A stretch of 64,000 nucleotides of DNA from an uncultured delta proteobacterium. GTDB lineage: Bacteria > Desulfobacterota > Binatia > UBA9968. Shown in pieces: positions 59,657 through 64,000 of this stretch; positions within the stretch are counted from its first letter, which is position 1; each line of letters begins with the position of its first letter. The DNA is taken from positions 96,001 to 160,000 of the forward strand of contig CAWDPO010000011.1 in assembly GCA_963804165.1 (NCBI GenBank), in the 5' to 3' direction. Made by a program: the position numbers and the translations under genes. Under the pieces are notes generated by a model. The model saw only the letters and a program-made list of their open reading frames with translations. It did not search any database and was not told where the DNA came from.

Positions 59657-60039
59657 CGATTCCTACTGGAACCTCGGCGACTCGTGATTTTGCGCTTGCG
59701 AGGATCGAGCAGTTTGTCGAGTTAACCAGCCTAGATCCAGACTTTTTGATTGAGCAAATCCGGCTGTCGCAGCGCTTGGCGTGATCGCTCTCCCGAAGTC
59801 TTTTCCCTCCCCCGCTTGCGGGCGAGGGTCTGACTAAGGAAGGCAGGGAGTCGAATTATAAAGGTTGAACCTAAGCCACTCCCGCGACTTTCGTAATTGC
59901 GCATTGTCTCGATCGCGACCGACGCTTCCTTTGTCCTAACGCTTGGGCTGCGGCCGGCGCCGACGCTCGGAGCGTGGCTCCGGCGCAATTGGGATTGTTC
60001 AGCTCGGAGAAAGAGTTAGACTATTCTGCAGTGACGACG

Positions 60040-62202
60040 ATGCGAAATGAACAGGGCTTGTTGATTAACCGGGATCTCTCTTGGCTGGAATTCAACCGAC
60101 GCGTTCTAGAAGAGGCCAAAGATTCCACGGTGCCTCTACTCGAGCGAGTGAAGTTTCTCGCCATTTTCAGCTCCAATCTCGATGAATTTTTCATGGTCCG
60201 CGTGGCGGGACTGAAGCGCCAAGTCGGCAGCGAGGGAACGGCCGACTCCAATGGGGTCGCCCCGGATGGGATTTTGCGAGCCATCTCCCGACGAGTCCAC
60301 GAACTGACGGAGGAACAGCACCTCTGTTTTCTCAACACGGTCTTGCCGCAACTTACCGAGGAAGGAATCCATTTGGTTCGTCCGGAAGAAATGACCGGCG
60401 AGCAGGCGCAGTGGTTGGAGGAATTTTTTCAACGGACCCTGTACCCGATCGTGACGCCCTTGGCCATCGATCCCGGTCATCCGTTCCCGTATCTTACCAA
60501 CCGTTCACTTTCTTTGGTCGTATCGCTGCGGGCGAAGATCGCGTCCCCTTTGCCGCACACTGAACTTTCCATCGTGCATATTCCCGGTCAGGTTGTGCCG
60601 AGATTTATTCAGCTGCCGGCGCGGGAAGGACAATACGCTTTCATTTTGCTCGAACAAGTTCTGCGTCACTATCTGCCGCGTTTTTACCATGGTTTCGAGA
60701 TCCTCTCGGCTCACGCCGTGCGGGTGACGCGGGACGCAGAATTCGGCCTCGTGCGCCGACGCGACGAGGATCTGCTGATGACCATCGAACAGGGCATCCG
60801 CGAACGGCGTATGGGCGATGCCGTTCGTCTCCAATATGATCCGGATCTTTCCAAGGACCTTTTGACCCAGCTCGTGGAGGAGCTCGAACTGACCCAAGAC
60901 GATCTGTACCCAGGCAAAGGGTTTACCGCTTTTACCGATTTATTTCAGCTCTATTCCGCGGTTAATGTTCCCCGGCTCAAAGATCGACCGCAGACGCTGT
61001 TGCCCGTCTCTGGTTTCGAGCGCGGCCCCGATATTTGGAACACCATCCGGAGCGGCGATGTCATGGTCTTCCATCCTTATGAGTCATTCGAAGCGGTCAC
61101 CCATTTCGTCGAAGAGGCGGCGAAAGATCCCAAGGTTTTGGCGATTAAGATGACCCTTTATCGAGTGAGCGCCAATTCGCCGATTGCTCAGGCGCTCGCG
61201 CGCGCCGCCGAGGCGGGTAAAGAGGTATCGGTGTTGGTCGAACTACAGGCACGCTTCGATGAGGAAGCCAATATTACCTGGGCACGCGCGCTGGAAGAAG
61301 TGGGCGCTCATGTTGTTTACGGCATGGTCGGCTACAAGACCCATTGTAAAGTGTGCCTGGTGGTTCGGCAGGAAGTCGACGGCATCCGGCGTTACTGTCA
61401 TCTCTCGACCGGCAACTACAATGTGCGCACGAGCGGAATCTATAGCGATCTTGGACTGTTCACTTGCCGGGAAACCTTTGGCGAGGATCTGACCGAGCTG
61501 TTTAATCTCCTGACGGGCTACACCCGGCCGCAAAAATTCCATCACCTCGTGCTGGCGCCGACCGGCCTGCGGGAGCACTTCATTGATCTTATCCGGAACG
61601 AGGCCGAGCGGGCGCGTGCGGGAGAACCCGCCCGCATCGTAGCGAAGGTGAATAGTTTGATCGATGCCGCTGTTATCGAACAGCTGTATCTCGCCAGCCA
61701 GGCGGGCGTACAGATCGATCTCATCGTGCGCGGCATGTGCAGCCTGCGGCCCGGGCTCCAGGGAGTCTCGGAGCGCATCCGCGTGATCTCGATCGTCGAT
61801 CGATATCTCGAGCACGCTCGCATCTTCTATTTTCACAACGGTGGGACTCCAACTTTTTGGCTCGCATCCGCGGACTGGATGCCGCGAAACTTCATCCGCC
61901 GGATCGAAATTGCGTTTCCCGTGATCGAACTTCAACTGCAGACAAGGTTGAAGGACATTCTCGAGCTTCAACTCGCCGATTCGGTTAAATCCTGGCGCAT
62001 GGAGCCCGACGGCAGTTATGTTCGAAACCGGCGCGAGAACGGGCCTGCCTTCCGCTTTCAGGAACGCTATTACGAAATGTTGCAAGCTGAGGAGCGCTCT
62101 CGGTCTTCGAAGGGCATCGCCCCGATTGACGGGCACGATTTTCGCCGTACCGAGCATGAGCGCGATGTTATTCAACATGACGAGAGAAGCGCATCAAAGT
62201 AA
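60040..62202 (+). CDS. ppk1: Polyphosphate kinase 1
   Basis: NRDLSWLEFNRRVL, SNLDEFFMVRVAGL, GHPFP, HPYESF, IKMTLYR, ARFDEEANI, KTHCK (phospho-His), TGNYN, LEHARI, SADWMPRN. Confidence 0.97.
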   Translation: MRNEQGLLINRDLSWLEFNRRVLEEAKDSTVPLLERVKFLAIFSSNLDEFFMVRVAGLKRQVGSEGTADSNGVAPDGILRAISRRVHELTEEQHLCFLNTVLPQLTEEGIHLVRPEEMTGEQAQWLEEFFQRTLYPIVTPLAIDPGHPFPYLTNRSLSLVVSLRAKIASPLPHTELSIVHIPGQVVPRFIQLPAREGQYAFILLEQVLRHYLPRFYHGFEILSAHAVRVTRDAEFGLVRRRDEDLLMTIEQGIRERRMGDAVRLQYDPDLSKDLLTQLVEELELTQDDLYPGKGFTAFTDLFQLYSAVNVPRLKDRPQTLLPVSGFERGPDIWNTIRSGDVMVFHPYESFEAVTHFVEEAAKDPKVLAIKMTLYRVSANSPIAQALARAAEAGKEVSVLVELQARFDEEANITWARALEEVGAHVVYGMVGYKTHCKVCLVVRQEVDGIRRYCHLSTGNYNVRTSGIYSDLGLFTCRETFGEDLTELFNLLTGYTRPQKFHHLVLAPTGLREHFIDLIRNEAERARAGEPARIVAKVNSLIDAAVIEQLYLASQAGVQIDLIVRGMCSLRPGLQGVSERIRVISIVDRYLEHARIFYFHNGGTPTFWLASADWMPRNFIRRIEIAFPVIELQLQTRLKDILELQLADSVKSWRMEPDGSYVRNRRENGPAFRFQERYYEMLQAEERSRSSKGIAPIDGHDFRRTEHERDVIQHDERSASK

Positions 62203-62560
62203 CTCTCATCCATAATCCGTACGCTTTAATTATTTCCTGAGGGGCGCGGTGTTCCCACTTCCGTACACGACGGGATCCTGACCAGCGCCGCGAAGCTGGC
62301 CTTCGTCGAAAGATAAGATTCTTTCGTCGAACTTTGTGCAACTCCTCACTCTGGCTCGACCTTCGACTTCCGCATTCGAGCGTCATCTCATCCCGCAGTC
62401 CTCTGTTCGGAATTCACTGACGTTGGCAACTGTGTCTCATCTTTGGAACTAGGAAAAATCAGACACGAATTACCATTCGTGTTAGGAAATTCGCTCTTCC
62501 GTCGTCGCCATTAATTCAACTCACAATCACATCTCTATTCGTTTCGATGATTTGCCGGGC

Positions 62561-62576
62561 TGGCATGTCACTTGCG
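62561..62576 (+). promoter_or_regulatory. Sigma54 -24/-12 promoter
   Basis: TGGCATGTCACTTGCG with exact GG-N10-GC spacing, 57 nt upstream of ATG 62633. Confidence 0.65.
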
Positions 62577-62632
62577 CCTTTTGCGATTGGACAACAGCGC
62601 GAAGTTATTTCGCTCGAATAAGGAGGCTAATA

Positions 62633-63196
62633 ATGAAACGAAAGCGACAGATTTTAACGGCGGCTCTATTGTCTGCAAGCGTCGGCTTGGGAGCGCAATC
62701 GGTACTGGCGCAAACTGCTCCACGCGACGGCTCGACAGGGCCGACCAATCCGACGGAGCCGGTTGTCCCTCAACCTCAGCCCGGACCGAGCCTTCCTCGT
62801 GAAACCCAACCGACTATTCCCGGACAACCGGCGCCTGGTATTCCACAACCGGACCGGATGCCGGGACAACCCGGAACCATTCCGGAAAGAGTGCAACGTC
62901 CGAGCAGCGGCGATCAGAACATGAAGATATCGTCCTCTGATATTAAAAAGGCCCAGGATGCCCTCAAGGCCAAGGGGCTCGATCCCGGAACGGACGGCAG
63001 AATGGATGCCAAGACTCAGCAGGCACTGCGCGATTTCCAAAAATCCAACAATCTGCCGGCCACTGGAGTGTTAGACGATAGAACCATAGAGAAGCTCGGA
63101 GTAAACAGCGGTACGAACTCTGCTCCGGAGCGTGGTAGCTCTTCCAATAAACCTGACAGCTCGCTCCCCAAATCCGATAGATCGCCTCCCCAGTAG
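62633..63196 (+). CDS. Exported Pro-rich protein with peptidoglycan-binding domain
   Basis: AAGGAGG RBS, signal peptide, PGQP repeats, IKKAQDALKAKG..DG..TQQALRDFQKSNNLPATGVLD. Confidence 0.85.
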   Translation: MKRKRQILTAALLSASVGLGAQSVLAQTAPRDGSTGPTNPTEPVVPQPQPGPSLPRETQPTIPGQPAPGIPQPDRMPGQPGTIPERVQRPSSGDQNMKISSSDIKKAQDALKAKGLDPGTDGRMDAKTQQALRDFQKSNNLPATGVLDDRTIEKLGVNSGTNSAPERGSSSNKPDSSLPKSDRSPPQ

Positions 63197-63239
63197 TTTC
63201 AGCTCGCAAGTTCTTTTTTGCGCTGTTGTATTCGTAGCT

Positions 63240-63273
63240 GCGGGAAGGTAAACGGTGGCGTTTACCTTCCCGC
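63240..63273. terminator. Perfect 15-bp hairpin downstream of the PG-binding gene
   Basis: GCGGGAAGGTAAACG-gtgg-CGTTTACCTTCCCGC; no U tract. Confidence 0.45.
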
Positions 63274-63524
63274 GCAAGACCGAAGATAAGTACCAACCGC
63301 CTTGGATTCGATCGACGAGCGCGAAGAGTGGCGCCGCTAGCGAATGATCCGTTCAAACGGTTCATGTTCGCCAAGCACGCAAGCACGCTCGGCAAGGGCG
63401 CGCCTTTCTGTCCTTGACTGGTGAAATCGCTTTGCCTTATCTTGCGCGCAGCTGACCTTGGCAAGGTCGCTCGATCTCGCCGCATCTTTGACCCGCACCG
63501 CCGCCGGAAATCGGAGAACTTGAA

Positions 63525-64000
63525 ATGATCGTAGGACGGCTCTTATTGAAACGCGGAAAGTTTTTTTGGCTCGCGGTGGTTCTCGCTGTCGCATGGCTGA
63601 ATGGGCTGCAGTTGAAAGCGGCACGCTCCCAGGGGAAAAATCCGATCGCCGGGACCAAGATCAGACTGGCCACGCCGACGGCATCGCTGAGCTATCTGCC
63701 GATCCATGTGGCGCTGAAGAAAGGCTTCTTCGCCAGACGCGGCTTCGACATGGAAGTGATTCAGATGGCGGCGGGTTTGGCGGCGCCGGCGCTGCTCAAC
63801 CGGGCGATCGACTACACGACGATACCGAGCGGCCCCGCCACCGCCGGGGCGCGTGGAGCGCCACTCAAAGTCATTTGCTTCACGTCGGTGAAGCTCCAAC
63901 ATATTCTTATCAGCCGTCCCGAGATCATGACGGTCGCAGACTTGGCCGGCAAACGGATCGGGGCCGGCAGCTTCGGCACTCTCCCGGCCTACGAGGTTCG
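63525..64000 (+). CDS. ABC substrate-binding protein, NMT1/SsuA-like (runs off the window)
   Basis: Manual translation: signal peptide, KIRLATP..YLPIHVALKKGFFARRG, DLAGKRIGAGSFG. Confidence 0.85.
   Translation, partial: MIVGRLLLKRGKFFWLAVVLAVAWLNGLQLKAARSQGKNPIAGTKIRLATPTASLSYLPIHVALKKGFFARRGFDMEVIQMAAGLAAPALLNRAIDYTTIPSGPATAGARGAPLKVICFTSVKLQHILISRPEIMTVADLAGKRIGAGSFGTLPAYEV

Overview
A ~58-60% GC bacterial chromosomal segment with about 55 genes, mostly small-molecule uptake and catabolism. No rRNA, tRNA, CRISPR array, integrase or transposase was recognised. It encodes 14 periplasmic substrate-binding proteins (8 NMT1/SsuA-like, 3 TctC/Bug-like, 3 iron/thiamine-class) but only one ABC permease/ATPase pair. 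Other genes include luciferase-like oxidoreductases, amidohydrolases, msrP, ppk1, three tandem MFS genes and an HxlR-MATE pair. The gene mix resembles Candidatus Binatia / Deltaproteobacteria-like metagenome bins (inference only). About a dozen genes carry single-base frameshifts, clustered at 1-7.3 kb and 45.9-49.2 kb, which most likely reflect long-read assembly error. Best candidates for something undescribed: (1) a 10-gene co-directional cluster at 12.9-24.6 kb built from paralogue pairs (2 divergent ornithine-cyclodeaminase-like, 2 M24-fold hydrolases lacking the canonical metal ligands, 2 VOC proteins, 2 binding proteins) plus an ABC importer, preceded by a perfect palindrome over its -35 box; (2) GTTCAA tandem micro-arrays at seven loci, always on the sense strand within ~12 nt of a stop codon. 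Three REP-like palindrome families and several enzymes with substituted catalytic residues are also present. All family calls come from motif recognition by eye, without database searches.
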